Positions 49,167 through 60,689 are shown, counted from the stretch's first letter. The stretch: DNA of 64,000 nt from Syntrophorhabdaceae bacterium (GCA_963666485.2 CAXXUO010000001.1:32001-96000); one strand, 5' to 3'. Notes: generated by a model not told the origin, from the letters alone. Made by a program: numbers and translations.

Positions 49167-50162
49167 TCATTTCATGACCATTCGTGAATATGCCTTTATG
49201 TCGAGCGTCGAATAGATACCGGCGGATGCGTAAAAAGATGCGAGCGAAGCGATCATTGCCCCGTTGTCCGTGCAGTAAAGGGGGGACGATATCATGACCT
49301 CGAAGCCCTCCTCGCGTGCCCTTTCGAGGAAAACCTCGCGGAGGCGCCCGTTCGCCGCGACCCCGCCCCCGACGACGATGCGTTCTATATTGGATTGCCT
49401 GGCCGCCCTGAATGTCTTCGACACGAGCACGTCGCACACCGCCTCCTGGAACGAGGCCAGGACATCGCTGATATTCGAGTCGTTGACCGGGTTCTTTTTT
49501 GCGTACGTGATGAATGCCGTCTTGAGGCCGCTGAAACTGAAATTGCACTTCCCGTCATCCATCATGGGACGGGGAAACGCGACATGGGCGGGTGATCCCG
49601 TGCGGGCCGTCTCCTCGATGATGCGGCCCCCCGGGTACCCGAGCCCTAAGAACTTGGCGATCTTGTCAAAGGCCTCCCCCGCGGCATCGTCGAGCGTCGA
49701 GCCGACAACCCTGAACGAGCACGGTGCGTCGAACGAGAGAATTATTGTGTGTCCCCCTGAAACGACCAGGGCGACAAAGGGAAATTCGACCTCGCGCTCG
49801 AGGAATATGCTCATCGCATGCGCCTCGACGTGGTTGACCCCTATAAGCGGTATATTTCCCGCGAGGCTTAAACCTTTGGCAAAGCTCAACCCCACGAGGA
49901 CACTCCCGATAAGCCCGGGACCGGACGTGACGCCGACAAGATCGATGTCGCCGGATTGTATCCCTGCTTTTTCGAGGAGGTCATCATAGATGCCGTCGAT
50001 CAGTTCGACATGCTTGCGGGATGCTATCTCGGGGACGACGCCGCCGAACAGCCTGTGAAGGTCCGCCTGGGACGATATGATGTGGGCAAGGATGCGCCGG
50101 TCGTGGTCGATCAGTGCCAGCGATGTGTCATCGCAGGATGTATCGATGCCGAGTATTATCAT
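49167..50162 (-). CDS. tsaD: t6A synthesis protein TsaD
   Basis: GIDTSCDDT, GGVVPEIASRKH, HVEAH, VSGGHT, DDAAGEAFDK, TDNGAMI. Confidence 0.96.
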   Translation of the reverse strand: MIILGIDTSCDDTSLALIDHDRRILAHIISSQADLHRLFGGVVPEIASRKHVELIDGIYDDLLEKAGIQSGDIDLVGVTSGPGLIGSVLVGLSFAKGLSLAGNIPLIGVNHVEAHAMSIFLEREVEFPFVALVVSGGHTIILSFDAPCSFRVVGSTLDDAAGEAFDKIAKFLGLGYPGGRIIEETARTGSPAHVAFPRPMMDDGKCNFSFSGLKTAFITYAKKNPVNDSNISDVLASFQEAVCDVLVSKTFRAARQSNIERIVVGGGVAANGRLREVFLERAREEGFEVMISSPLYCTDNGAMIASLASFYASAGIYSTLDIKAYSRMVMK

Positions 50163-50172
50163 GGCGGGAATT

Positions 50173-51576
50173 CTAGATCTCTTTCGGGTTCTTTACTATC
50201 TTGATCTTCCCCTGCTTGATCATTGCCTGTTTCGACTCCTCGATAAAGGACACCAGGAACTGCTCTTTATGCCGGGCGGTATAATACTGGGAAAAGCGTT
50301 CTTTATCCTTCTGCCACTCCTGGCGGTCGGGCTCCTGTTCACCCGCGTACCCGAAGACATAATAATCCCCGTCTATTTCGACGGGCTTGTCATAGACAGG
50401 CTTGTCCTTCGCGAGGCCGAGCACGCCTGCACTGTCCCGCGGGATGGTCCCTATTTTCGGAAGCGACGACGCGGTCCTCAGGACGAAACCGGTATGGGCT
50501 TTTTTGTCCACCGACTTGCTTTTGACCGCATCCTCGGCCGCAAGGCGGGCTTTTTCCTTCGCCTTTTCAGTGGTGAGACGTGTCTTCAGGCTTTGAAGGG
50601 CAGCACTCTTTTCCATCGGCTTGCCTTCCTCGCGATCAACAAGCTGAAAGATGAGCGAGCGCCCGTCGTCCCGTATCGGCAGGGAAACGTCGCCTTTGCG
50701 CAGGTCTTTTGCCCATGTCTCGATCTTGAGGCTCTTGTATGCCCGGAACAGGTCGCTCTGGCGCACAACCCCGGTATCGTTGACCTTCAGGCCTTTTTCG
50801 CGGGCGTACGCATCCATGTCCTTCGTCTTGAGAAGGTCCATGTAAACCCGGTCATCCTTGATGGCGCTCTTTGCATCGATGACGATGTACTTGAGCCGGT
50901 ACGTGTTCTCCCCGCGGAAACGGTCTTTTTCCTTATCATAAAGATCGTTCAGCTCTTTCTCCGTGACCGTGACCTTGTCCTTGTATGCAGAGGGCGAAAA
51001 ACGGGAATAGTAAAGGTCGACCTTGCCTTTCTCGCGGACATACCCCGACCAGATGTCGGCATCCGTAACGGGTGCCCCGGTATCACGGACGATGCTGATG
51101 ACCTTTCGTATGAGAAGCATCGTCTTTTGCGACTTTTCGAACTGGTCCGGCTCTATCTTGTTCTGGCGGAGCACCGAAACATAGCGGTCCTTGTTGAATT
51201 TCCCGTCCTTTTTGAATGCCTCGATCGATCCCAGGAGATCGGCGAATTCCTGGTCGCTCACACTCAGCCCCAGTTTTTTTGCCTCGACAAGAAGAATATA
51301 CCTGTTGATGAGGTCCTGCAGGACCTTGTCCTTGAGCTCGGCCGCCATTTTTTCGTCGAACTTGTCGCGGTACAGCTGCCGGAACATCTCCAGTTCCTTG
51401 TTGTATGCCTCGTAAAATTCCGGGTACAGAAGATCGAAGCTGCCGATCTCGGCGATCTTGGTCTCTTTTTCGCGGAGCGTTCCCGCCCCGAAATAAAAGA
51501 CAAAGACGATGATGATCACGGCAAAGATCACCTTGATCAGATAGCTTCGTGCGTATTTTCTCATAAACTTGAGCAT
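50173..51576 (-). CDS. ppiD: PpiD/SurA N-terminal-domain periplasmic chaperone
   Basis: MLKFMRK plus TM, LLVEAKKLGLSVSD, FKKDGKFN. Confidence 0.78.
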   Translation of the reverse strand: MLKFMRKYARSYLIKVIFAVIIIVFVFYFGAGTLREKETKIAEIGSFDLLYPEFYEAYNKELEMFRQLYRDKFDEKMAAELKDKVLQDLINRYILLVEAKKLGLSVSDQEFADLLGSIEAFKKDGKFNKDRYVSVLRQNKIEPDQFEKSQKTMLLIRKVISIVRDTGAPVTDADIWSGYVREKGKVDLYYSRFSPSAYKDKVTVTEKELNDLYDKEKDRFRGENTYRLKYIVIDAKSAIKDDRVYMDLLKTKDMDAYAREKGLKVNDTGVVRQSDLFRAYKSLKIETWAKDLRKGDVSLPIRDDGRSLIFQLVDREEGKPMEKSAALQSLKTRLTTEKAKEKARLAAEDAVKSKSVDKKAHTGFVLRTASSLPKIGTIPRDSAGVLGLAKDKPVYDKPVEIDGDYYVFGYAGEQEPDRQEWQKDKERFSQYYTARHKEQFLVSFIEESKQAMIKQGKIKIVKNPKEI

Positions 51577-51601
51577 TGGGTTTAATACCTCTGAAAGATT
51601 A

Positions 51602-51630
51602 TTGATTTTGAAACTTTAAAATAGTATATT
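51602..51630 (+). promoter_or_regulatory. Putative sigma70 promoter of the mre operon
   Basis: TTGATT-N17-TATATT. Confidence 0.55.
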
Positions 51631-51656
51631 AAGGCTGTTTTTTCAATAACTTTTAA

Positions 51657-52721
<1,065 letters not shown>

Positions 52722-52733
52722 AATAGTGGTAAC

Positions 52734-53534
52734 TTGAGAAATTCAATAGCTATAATCATAGCCATTCTCGTTCTCGTCATATCATTTCTTTCCTTCACGA
52801 ATGCCCCTTTTGTCGCGAGATCGTATACGACCGTGAAAACCGGCCTCAGCAGCGTCTTCGGGCCAGTCCTGAGCGTCATCTCAAAGCCCGTCTCCTCGGT
52901 CGGGGGATTCTTCGACTCCTACTTTAATGTCGTCGGGGCAAAGAAAGAGAACCGGGAACTCAGGGAAAAATATGAAAAGCTCTATGTCGAGAACCAGAAG
53001 CTCGTCGAGACGGAACGGGAAAATGCCCGCTTGAGGAAACTCCTCGAGTTTACTCAGAAAAGGCCCAACACGATGATCGCCGCGAGCGTGATCGGGGAAG
53101 ACCTGAAGAACTGGTTCCGGTGCGTCATCATCGATAAGGGCAGCAAGCATAATGTCCGCCAGAAGATGCCCGTGGTAACGCCGAAGGGGATCGTCGGCCA
53201 GGTCGTCGAGGTGGATCCCTGGCATTCCAAGGTCATGGTCCTCAACGATACGAACTCGTCCGTCGATGTCGCCGTCGAAGGCAAGAACACGCGCGGTCTG
53301 ATCGAAGGCACCGGTCAAAACACGGTCAAGATGAAATACGTCACGAAGAACGACGACATCGAGATCGGGGATAAACTGGTGACCTCAGGGAAGGATGGCA
53401 TCTATCCCAAAGGCATTCCCGTGGGGATCGTTATAACGGCAAACAAGGGCAAGGCCGGCATATTCACGGACATCGAGGTCATGCCGTACAACAATTTCAG
53501 GCAGCTCGACGAGGTGCTGCTCGTCAGAAAATAA
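52734..53534 (+). CDS. mreC: MreC
   Basis: ENARLRKLL, IDKG, VTSG.DGIYPKG. Confidence 0.93.
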   Translation: MRNSIAIIIAILVLVISFLSFTNAPFVARSYTTVKTGLSSVFGPVLSVISKPVSSVGGFFDSYFNVVGAKKENRELREKYEKLYVENQKLVETERENARLRKLLEFTQKRPNTMIAASVIGEDLKNWFRCVIIDKGSKHNVRQKMPVVTPKGIVGQVVEVDPWHSKVMVLNDTNSSVDVAVEGKNTRGLIEGTGQNTVKMKYVTKNDDIEIGDKLVTSGKDGIYPKGIPVGIVITANKGKAGIFTDIEVMPYNNFRQLDEVLLVRK

Positions 53535-54025
53535 TGAAAACCTCGCTCTACATCTTTATCGGGATAATACTCCTTCTCATAGAAACTGTCATTTCGCCCC
53601 ATGTTTCCCTTGATGTCTTAAAGCCCGAGCTCGGTATACCTGTCGTCCTGTACGTGACCTTTTTCCTCGGCCCGGGACCCGGGCTTGTTGCCGCCGTGTG
53701 CATAGGACTTGCAGAAGAAGGGCTCTCAGGCGCCCCCAATGGCTCCCTTCTCTTCGTGACCATGGTGATATACCTGATAGCGGCGCTTATGCGCAAAAAA
53801 TATTTCGTCGATTCCAAGTACACCTTCGCCTATTTTTCGAGCGGTGCGGTGCTCGTGCAGTCATTCCTGTTCGCCGCGCTTACGTTCTTCGCACATGGCG
53901 AAACACGCGGGATCCTCAATATCGCCTTCTACATGGTCCCGAACGCCATCATTACCGGTTTCGTCTCCATCCTTCTTTTTACCTTCATCGACCGGCTGAA
54001 CAACATCCTTATGGAGCGGTCTTAA
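53534..54025 (+). CDS. mreD: MreD
   Basis: Polytopic membrane protein between mreC and mrdA. Confidence 0.8.
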   Translation: MKTSLYIFIGIILLLIETVISPHVSLDVLKPELGIPVVLYVTFFLGPGPGLVAAVCIGLAEEGLSGAPNGSLLFVTMVIYLIAALMRKKYFVDSKYTFAYFSSGAVLVQSFLFAALTFFAHGETRGILNIAFYMVPNAIITGFVSILLFTFIDRLNNILMERS

Positions 54026-54026
54026 G

Positions 54027-55832
54027 ATGAAGGAGGAAAAATTCACCGCCAAATACAAATGGTGCACCCTTGTCCTCGTGCTCACCATGACGGTCCTTCT
54101 CATCAGGCTGTGGGACCTGCAGATCATGCGCGGGTCGGAAATGCGCAAACTCTCGGAGCAGAACCGGATCCGGGTGAAAAAGATCGTGGCGGCGCGCGGC
54201 ATCATCTTTGACCGGACAGGAAAAGTACTGGCAGACACCCGGCCATCATTCAATATTTACCTGACCCCGGAAGATATCAAGGATTTCAGCCAGACGGTGG
54301 ACGGCCTTGCCCAGCTCCTTTCATGCGACCGGGAGGAGATCATTGAAAAAATGAAGGCCGCAAGCGGCATGCCGCCGTCTTTCCCTATCAAGATCAAATC
54401 GGATATTCCCATGGACGAGGTTGCCCGGGTCGAGGCGAACAGGATCTATATACCGGGCATCTCGATCCAGATCGAACCGAAACGAAACTATCCCTACGCC
54501 GCATCATTTGCGCACGTCATCGGCTATGTCTCGGAGATCAGCGACGAGGAGCTGAAGGACAAGAAGAAATACAAGGATTATTCACCCGGGGATTATATCG
54601 GGAAATACGGCCTGGAACGTTCCTATGAAAAAGAATTGCGCGGCACCGACGGTGAAAAACGGGTCGAGGTTGACGCGATGGGCCGCGAGATCCGGACGCT
54701 GGACGTCGTCGAGCCCATCCCGGGGCACAGCCTTCATCTCAACATGGACCTCGATCTCCAGTTGACAGCAGACAAGGCCCTCGAGACGCGCAAAGGGGCG
54801 GCGATAGCACTCAATCCCAAGACGGGCGGGGTGCTTGTCCTTGCGAGCAGGCCGGGCTTCGACCCGAACCTCTTTGCCTCGGGCATAAAGAAAAAGGACT
54901 GGCAAAAGATAGCCCTCGATAAGGCGCATCCCCTGCAAAACAGGGCGATCCAGGGCGGATACCCTCCGGGATCGACCTTCAAGATATTGCTTGCGCTCAA
55001 GGCGCTCGAGGTCGGAGTGATCAACGAGCGGACCACGTTTCACTGCGGAGGCGGCTTCGCATACGGGAACCGGGTGTTCAAGTGCTGGAAAAAAGGCGGG
55101 CACGGCTCCGTATCGGTCCACCGCGCAATCGTGGAATCCTGCGATGTCTTCTTCTACAATGTCGGGCTCAAGCTCGGCGTCGACAGGATCCACGAGATGG
55201 GCGACATCCTCGGCATGGGAAGATTAACAGGCATCGACCTGCCGGCCGAGCAAAAGGGCCTCATCCCGTCGACTGAATGGAAGAGAAGGCGCTACAACCA
55301 GCCCTGGTACGAGGGTGAGACCGTATCTGTCGCTATCGGGCAGGGTGCCGTGTGGCTTACCCCTATCCACCTTGCAATGCTGTCATCATTTGTCGCCAAC
55401 GACGGCAAGAACTTCAAGCCGCAGTTAGTCAACAGGATCGTATCCAATCAAGGTAAGGTCCTTAAGACGTTCGAGCCGGTCGTCAACGCCGAGCTGAAAT
55501 TGAAGCCGGGTGTGCTGAAGCTCGTCAAAGACGGGATGCGGGGGGTCGTCAATGAGCCGGGAGGCACGGCAGGTGCGTCCAAGGTGCAAAACGTGCTCAT
55601 GAGCGGGAAGACGGGTACCGCCCAGGCAGGCTCCGACAAGGTGAAACTGGGCGACCATGCATGGTTCATTGCGTATGCCCCGTCGGAGGATGCGTCCATC
55701 GCAATGGCAATACTGGTCGAGCACGGTCTCCACGGCTCGTCGGCGGCCGCGCCTATCGCAAAAGGGATCACGGAGACCCTTTTCAAGGTTAAACCGGACA
55801 TAAAGGAAGCAAAGGTCCATGAGAATAGATAA
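54027..55832 (+). CDS. mrdA: Penicillin-binding protein 2
   Basis: RGIIFDR, PGSTFK (SxxK), SCD, KTGT. Confidence 0.95.
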   Translation: MKEEKFTAKYKWCTLVLVLTMTVLLIRLWDLQIMRGSEMRKLSEQNRIRVKKIVAARGIIFDRTGKVLADTRPSFNIYLTPEDIKDFSQTVDGLAQLLSCDREEIIEKMKAASGMPPSFPIKIKSDIPMDEVARVEANRIYIPGISIQIEPKRNYPYAASFAHVIGYVSEISDEELKDKKKYKDYSPGDYIGKYGLERSYEKELRGTDGEKRVEVDAMGREIRTLDVVEPIPGHSLHLNMDLDLQLTADKALETRKGAAIALNPKTGGVLVLASRPGFDPNLFASGIKKKDWQKIALDKAHPLQNRAIQGGYPPGSTFKILLALKALEVGVINERTTFHCGGGFAYGNRVFKCWKKGGHGSVSVHRAIVESCDVFFYNVGLKLGVDRIHEMGDILGMGRLTGIDLPAEQKGLIPSTEWKRRRYNQPWYEGETVSVAIGQGAVWLTPIHLAMLSSFVANDGKNFKPQLVNRIVSNQGKVLKTFEPVVNAELKLKPGVLKLVKDGMRGVVNEPGGTAGASKVQNVLMSGKTGTAQAGSDKVKLGDHAWFIAYAPSEDASIAMAILVEHGLHGSSAAAPIAKGITETLFKVKPDIKEAKVHENR

Positions 55833-56925
55833 ACGCAGATACTATCATCTCGACTGGTACCTGATAATCAACGGCCTTTTTATATTCGGCATCGGGATGA
55901 TGAACCTCATCAGTGCCACGAGCTCATTTTCAAGCGGGTCGTGGAACTTCATCATCAAGCAGCTCATCGCGTTTGCCTTGGGGCTTGCGCTCATGCTCGT
56001 CATCATGTATTACGATTACCGTATAATCGCCAATCATTCCAAGTGGATTTATGCAGGGGGCATTTGCCTCGTCATCCTCGTCCTGCTTATCGGGCTCGCC
56101 GCAGGGGGTGCGAAAAGATGGATCAGTCTTTTCGGGTTCAGCATCCAGCCTTCGGAACTCATGAAACCGATCCTCGTCATATTCCTGGCCAACATGCTCT
56201 ATGACCGGAAGCGGCAGAACATGCCGCTCAGCCTGAAAGACATCGCCAAGCCCCTTTTCTGGACCTTTCTGCCCTTTGTCCTCATTGTTAAACAGCCTGA
56301 CCTGGGGACGGGTATCGTCATTCTTCTCGTTTCTTTCTCTATGCTCTGGTATGTCGGCCTCAAGAAATCGACATATGCCGTGATCTTCGGTGTCGGCGCC
56401 ATATCACCTTTCATAGCCTGGCTCTACCTCATGAAACCGTACCAGAAGATGCGGGTCCTGAGCTTTATCAATATCGATGCCGATCCGGCGGGATTCGGTT
56501 ATCACGCGAAACAGGCTATAATAGCTGTGGGGTCGGGGAAATTCCTCGGAAAGGGTTTCATGAACGGGACGCAGCACAAGCTCCAGTTCATACCGGAACA
56601 CCACACCGACTTCATTTTTACCGTCTTCAGCGAGGAATGGGGATTTATCGGCTCCGTGGTCCTGTTCGCATTGTTTATCTCTTTCATAAACCGTTGCCTC
56701 AAGGTCGCGATGAACGCCCACGATGAGCTCGGATCCATCATAGCGTTCGGCATCGCAGCCATTTTCTATGTGCAGTTCACGATAAACGTCATGATGGCAA
56801 TACACCTCGCCCCCGTTGTCGGCATTCCCCTGCCCCTCATAAGCTACGGGGGATCGTCCCTCATATCCATGATGATGTCCATAGCACTGTTGCTGAACAT
56901 TAGCACGCGGCGCTATATGTTCTGA
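55819..56925 (+). CDS. rodA: SEDS peptidoglycan polymerase RodA
   Basis: GAKRW, QPSE, QPDLGT, PEHHTDFIF, SYGGSS. Confidence 0.95.
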   Translation: MRIDKRRYYHLDWYLIINGLFIFGIGMMNLISATSSFSSGSWNFIIKQLIAFALGLALMLVIMYYDYRIIANHSKWIYAGGICLVILVLLIGLAAGGAKRWISLFGFSIQPSELMKPILVIFLANMLYDRKRQNMPLSLKDIAKPLFWTFLPFVLIVKQPDLGTGIVILLVSFSMLWYVGLKKSTYAVIFGVGAISPFIAWLYLMKPYQKMRVLSFINIDADPAGFGYHAKQAIIAVGSGKFLGKGFMNGTQHKLQFIPEHHTDFIFTVFSEEWGFIGSVVLFALFISFINRCLKVAMNAHDELGSIIAFGIAAIFYVQFTINVMMAIHLAPVVGIPLPLISYGGSSLISMMMSIALLLNISTRRYMF

Positions 56926-56929
56926 AAAC

Positions 56930-57359
56930 CGGCGTACGGCTAACGGCGTACGGCTAACGGGAAAAGCGGGCGACCTGAAACGGCTAACGGCGTACGGCTG
57001 ACGGGAAAACCGGGCAACCTGAGACCTTCAACTATAGGCGTAAGAACGGCGTACGGCGTACGGCTGACGGGAAAACCGGGCAACCTGAGACCTTCAACTA
57101 TATATGTGTCAGGTTGTAAACGCTTTTAGTGACTTGTGCAATCTATTTTATTGTCTGCATGCGTCCCGCAAGATCGAAACCTTATACATTTACACCTCGG
57201 CTTTTCACCTTTCGCCGTGCACCTTTCTCCTTTCTCCTTTAGCCTTTAGCCTTTCGCCTTTCGCCTTTCGCCTTTCGCCTTTCGCCGTACGCCGTTAGCC
57301 GTTAGCCGTTAGCCGTTAGCCGTACGCCGTTAGCCGTACGCCGTTAGCCGTACGCCGTT
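56930..57359. repeat. Large heptamer inverted-repeat element (cggcgta/cggctaa) with a 49-bp direct repeat
   Basis: Left heptamers from 56930, right reverse-complement tract about 57284-57359, cctttcg run; direct repeats 56988-57036 and 57054-57102. Confidence 0.85.
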
Positions 57360-57361
57360 CC

Positions 57362-57389
57362 TTGACATCCCCCCGTTGTCTGCTATACT
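57362..57389 (+). promoter_or_regulatory. Putative sigma70 promoter (extended -10)
   Basis: TTGACA-N16-TATACT with TG immediately upstream (TGcTATACT). Confidence 0.65.
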
Positions 57390-57428
57390 CGACAGTAAGT
57401 AAGCTTCAAATGCGGGGAGGCAGACAGC

Positions 57429-57872
57429 GTGGATCTCGTGGAGCCCGTAAAGCTCAGATTGCTTACCTTAAAAGACCTCGATTCTATCACCGATATCGAC
57501 GAATCACTCCTGGGGACACGACGAAGGGATTATTGGGCGGTGAGGCTCGAACGGGCCGAAACATCGGGTGTCCCGTCGCTTGCAGCGGAGGTCAGCGGGC
57601 GCGTTATCGGGTTTATCCTGGGCAGTGCGAGCGGATGGGAGTACGGTATACCGGAGAATATCGCATGGATCGACACCCTCGGCGTCAGGAAGGAATACCA
57701 GAAGAAGGGCATCGCGCGGCTTCTCTTCCGGGAAATGTTCTTCATGTTCAAAGAGGTCGGGGTCGATACCATCTACGTCTTCGTGAACTGGAGGGACTGG
57801 GACCTCCTCAAATTCTTCGATAAGATGGGGTTCAGGCGGGGAGATATGATAAACCTCCAGATGAAGATCTAA
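57429..57872 (+). CDS. GNAT acetyltransferase
   Basis: WIDTLGV..EYQKKGIA, FFDKMGF. Confidence 0.87.
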   Translation: MDLVEPVKLRLLTLKDLDSITDIDESLLGTRRRDYWAVRLERAETSGVPSLAAEVSGRVIGFILGSASGWEYGIPENIAWIDTLGVRKEYQKKGIARLLFREMFFMFKEVGVDTIYVFVNWRDWDLLKFFDKMGFRRGDMINLQMKI

Positions 57873-58017
57873 AAGTCTGAAAAGGGCCGACTTTTGCCGG
57901 CCCCGTGGTACATACCACAGAAAGACCGGGGCAACAAAGGCACCGCCAGCCCCGGCCTTTCTATTGAAAGCCCCATTGAATTCTGTTTTCTTCCGGCCCT
58001 CATTTTTCCTTCTTCTC

Positions 58018-58046
58018 CTTACGCCTTACGCCTTACGCCTTACGCC
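58018..58046. repeat. Heptamer tandem (ccttacg)x4
   Basis: Seen directly. Confidence 0.75.
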
Positions 58047-58064
58047 TCTATGTTTCTTTTGTTC

Positions 58065-58092
58065 TTGAAACTAAAGCAAAAACTGCTATAAT
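58065..58092 (+). promoter_or_regulatory. Putative sigma70 promoter of ruvX
   Basis: TTGAAA-N16-TATAAT with TG extension. Confidence 0.6.
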
Positions 58093-58097
58093 AGGTG

Positions 58098-58514
58098 ATG
58101 CGAATACTTGGATTGGATGTGGGGGACAAGAAGATCGGTGTGTCTTTGTCCGATCCTACCCTTTCTATTGCCCAGGGCCTTAAACTCTACCGGCGGGCTT
58201 CTCTCGAAGAGGATATCGAAGAGTTCAAGCGGATAGTAAAAGAACATGAGGTCGGGGAGATAGTTATCGGCCTGCCCAAGGACTTGAGCGGCAAGATCGG
58301 CACCCGGGCGCAAGGTGTTATCGGGCTCGCCGATAAGATCCGGGAATCGATAGATGTCCCGGTCAACCTGTGGGACGAAAGATTCAGCACAAACGAAGCG
58401 CATCGGGTTTTTGACATGGCCGAGGTCCGGCACAAAAAAAGGAAACCGTATCTGGACATTATGGCGTCACAGATAATTCTTCAGGGATACCTTGATGCTC
58501 GCAGCACGCGATAA
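58098..58514 (+). CDS. ruvX: RuvX/YqgF nuclease
   Basis: MRILGLDVGDKKIGVS.SD, VIGLP, WDERFST, ILQGYLD. Confidence 0.93.
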   Translation: MRILGLDVGDKKIGVSLSDPTLSIAQGLKLYRRASLEEDIEEFKRIVKEHEVGEIVIGLPKDLSGKIGTRAQGVIGLADKIRESIDVPVNLWDERFSTNEAHRVFDMAEVRHKKRKPYLDIMASQIILQGYLDARSTR

Positions 58515-59496
58515 AAAAATAATCGTCATCGCCTTCATTATTTTTCTGTTCTCGCAGACGCTTATATTTGCAAGCATTCCCCGGGACACGGACCCCGCAT
58601 TGCGCCCGGTCGTCATAAAAAGCGGGACACGGCTTCCTGAAATAGCCGACATTCTCAAGAAAGAAGACCTCATTTACTCGAAAACACTTTTCGTTATAGG
58701 TTCGATGATCTACGGCGGGCGGCTGATAGCCGGTGAATACGACCTGCGACGCGACATGTCGACCCTCGAGATCATCATGAAAATGGGCCAGGGCAAGAGG
58801 AACATATACACCCTGAAGATCATTGAAGGACAGAATATCTACACGATAGCGGACACCTTTGAGCAAAGCCGCATCATGACGAAGGAAGAATTCCTGAAGC
58901 TTGCCTCGTCGAAGGAATTTCTTGAAAGGATCGGTGTCGCAACCGGCTCGCTCGAAGGGTACCTCTACCCGGACACGTATTTCTACAGCAAGGAGATAGA
59001 TAGGGAAAAATTGATCGAACGTATCGTCCGGCGGACCCTGAAGATATTCGAAGACCCCGGGATCAAAGAGAAGATGGCCCGCCGCAACATGGACATCAAC
59101 AAGACCTTGACGCTGGCGTCAATGATAGAGAAAGAATCGGGAGTGAACGGGGAGCGGCCCCTTGTCTCCGCTGTCTTTCACAACAGGCTGAAGAAGGGTA
59201 TGTCTCTTGACTGTGACCCCACGGTCATCTACGGAACAAAGGGTTTCGGGGCCCCCATCACGAGAACGGACCTCAGGACATTTACCCCGTACAATACATA
59301 CAGTTTCAAAGGTTTGCCGGCCGGCCCCATATGCAGCCCGTCAAAGCCGTCCATCCTGGCGGCCTTAAGCCCCGCCGACGTCGATTATCTCTTTTTCGTC
59401 TCGAAAAATGATGGTACCCATGTCTTTTCCCGGGACATGGCCGAACATAACAAATACGTAACTATGTATCAGAGAACCAGGACAACACACCAATAA
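58492..59496 (+). CDS. mltG: Endolytic transglycosylase MltG
   Basis: EGYLYPDTY, LASMIEKE, NRLKKGM.L.CDPTV, PYNTY, GLPAGPI, LFFVS. Confidence 0.93.
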   Translation: MMLAARDKKIIVIAFIIFLFSQTLIFASIPRDTDPALRPVVIKSGTRLPEIADILKKEDLIYSKTLFVIGSMIYGGRLIAGEYDLRRDMSTLEIIMKMGQGKRNIYTLKIIEGQNIYTIADTFEQSRIMTKEEFLKLASSKEFLERIGVATGSLEGYLYPDTYFYSKEIDREKLIERIVRRTLKIFEDPGIKEKMARRNMDINKTLTLASMIEKESGVNGERPLVSAVFHNRLKKGMSLDCDPTVIYGTKGFGAPITRTDLRTFTPYNTYSFKGLPAGPICSPSKPSILAALSPADVDYLFFVSKNDGTHVFSRDMAEHNKYVTMYQRTRTTHQ

Positions 59497-59506
59497 GGAG
59501 GAATGT

Positions 59507-60688
59507 ATGGCAAAAGATGTTGCAGTTATCGGCGTTGGCCAGACTTACTTTGTCAGGGGCTATGAAGGCTCCATCAGGGAACTGGCCTTCGAAGCCTTCA
59601 GGGAAGCAATGAAGGATGCTAACCTCACCACGAAGGACGTGGATGCTTCCGTGTTCTGCTCCGCCCCGGAATATGACAAGCAGCGGTCACCGGCCGGCGT
59701 GTTGGCTGAGTACCTCGGCCTTGTGCCGCAGCCGACATTCTATGTTGAGACGGTCTGCTCGTCAAGCACCGTCGGCGTCAAGATCGGCTACAGCATGATC
59801 AAAGCCGGACTTCATGACATCGTCGTAATACTCGGCTTCCAGAAAATGTCAGAGATCACCTCTGCCGAGTCCCAGGAAAGAATGGGCCGCGGCGGCGACA
59901 TTCAGTGGGAAGCCCCGTTCGGCACGATGATGCCCGCGTACTACGCGCTGTATGCCCAGGCATACCTTGCAAAGAATGGCCTCACCCTCGATGACTTGAG
60001 GGACGTCAGGGTCAAGGCAGCCACCTACGGCCAGATCAATGAAAGGGCCGTGTACCGCAAAGGCGTAAAACCTGAAGATTTCGATCCCAACAACCCGGAT
60101 GCCAAGATGGCAGGCCCGGTCGCATCACCCCTTCGCGTTGGCGATTGCTGCGCAAACGCAGACGGCGCATCATGCATCATCCTGGCGAATGCCGAGAAGG
60201 CAAAGATCTTCCAGAAGAAACCTGTCTGGATCCTCGGTATCGGCGCGGCATCGGAAGTCGTCAACATGGCATCACGCCCCGATTTCTCAAAAGGCATCCA
60301 GGTCGCCAAGGCAGCCGCAGGCCAGGCCTATAAAATGGCAGGCATCGGTCCCCAGCAGGTCAACGTGGCTGAAGTTCATGACTGCTTCACCATCGCAGAG
60401 ATCATGGCGTATGAAGGCCTCGGATTCGCACCGGAAGGCGACGGCAAACAGCTGATCCGTGAGAAGGCAACCTATAAAGAAGGCAAGATCCCCGTCAACG
60501 TTGACGGCGGTCTCCTCTCAAAAGGTCACCCCATCGGAGCGACAGGCGGTTCACAGATCCGGACGATCGTCCTCCAGTTAAGGGACGAAGCCGGCCCGAT
60601 GCAGGTAAAAGATCCTCAGATCGGCCTCAACCACAATATTGGCGGTGTAGGCCTCTACGGAAACGTCACAATTTTTGGGAGGGACTAA
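59507..60688 (+). CDS. SCP2/archaeal-type thiolase (acetyl-CoA acyltransferase)
   Basis: VETVCSSS, AEVHDCF, NVDGGLLSKGHPIGATG, HNIGG. Confidence 0.88.
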   Translation: MAKDVAVIGVGQTYFVRGYEGSIRELAFEAFREAMKDANLTTKDVDASVFCSAPEYDKQRSPAGVLAEYLGLVPQPTFYVETVCSSSTVGVKIGYSMIKAGLHDIVVILGFQKMSEITSAESQERMGRGGDIQWEAPFGTMMPAYYALYAQAYLAKNGLTLDDLRDVRVKAATYGQINERAVYRKGVKPEDFDPNNPDAKMAGPVASPLRVGDCCANADGASCIILANAEKAKIFQKKPVWILGIGAASEVVNMASRPDFSKGIQVAKAAAGQAYKMAGIGPQQVNVAEVHDCFTIAEIMAYEGLGFAPEGDGKQLIREKATYKEGKIPVNVDGGLLSKGHPIGATGGSQIRTIVLQLRDEAGPMQVKDPQIGLNHNIGGVGLYGNVTIFGRD

Positions 60689-60689
60689 G

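Noticed and set aside
50077..51585. 502-aa plus-strand ORF (also 40666..42216, 33776..34855, 23957..24997, 37794..38738)
   Set aside because: Antisense or alternate-frame shadows of well-supported genes, with no recognisable motifs.
57882..57960. Riboswitch downstream of the GNAT gene
   Set aside because: Only simple GC hairpins; no aptamer consensus recognised, more likely terminator-like.
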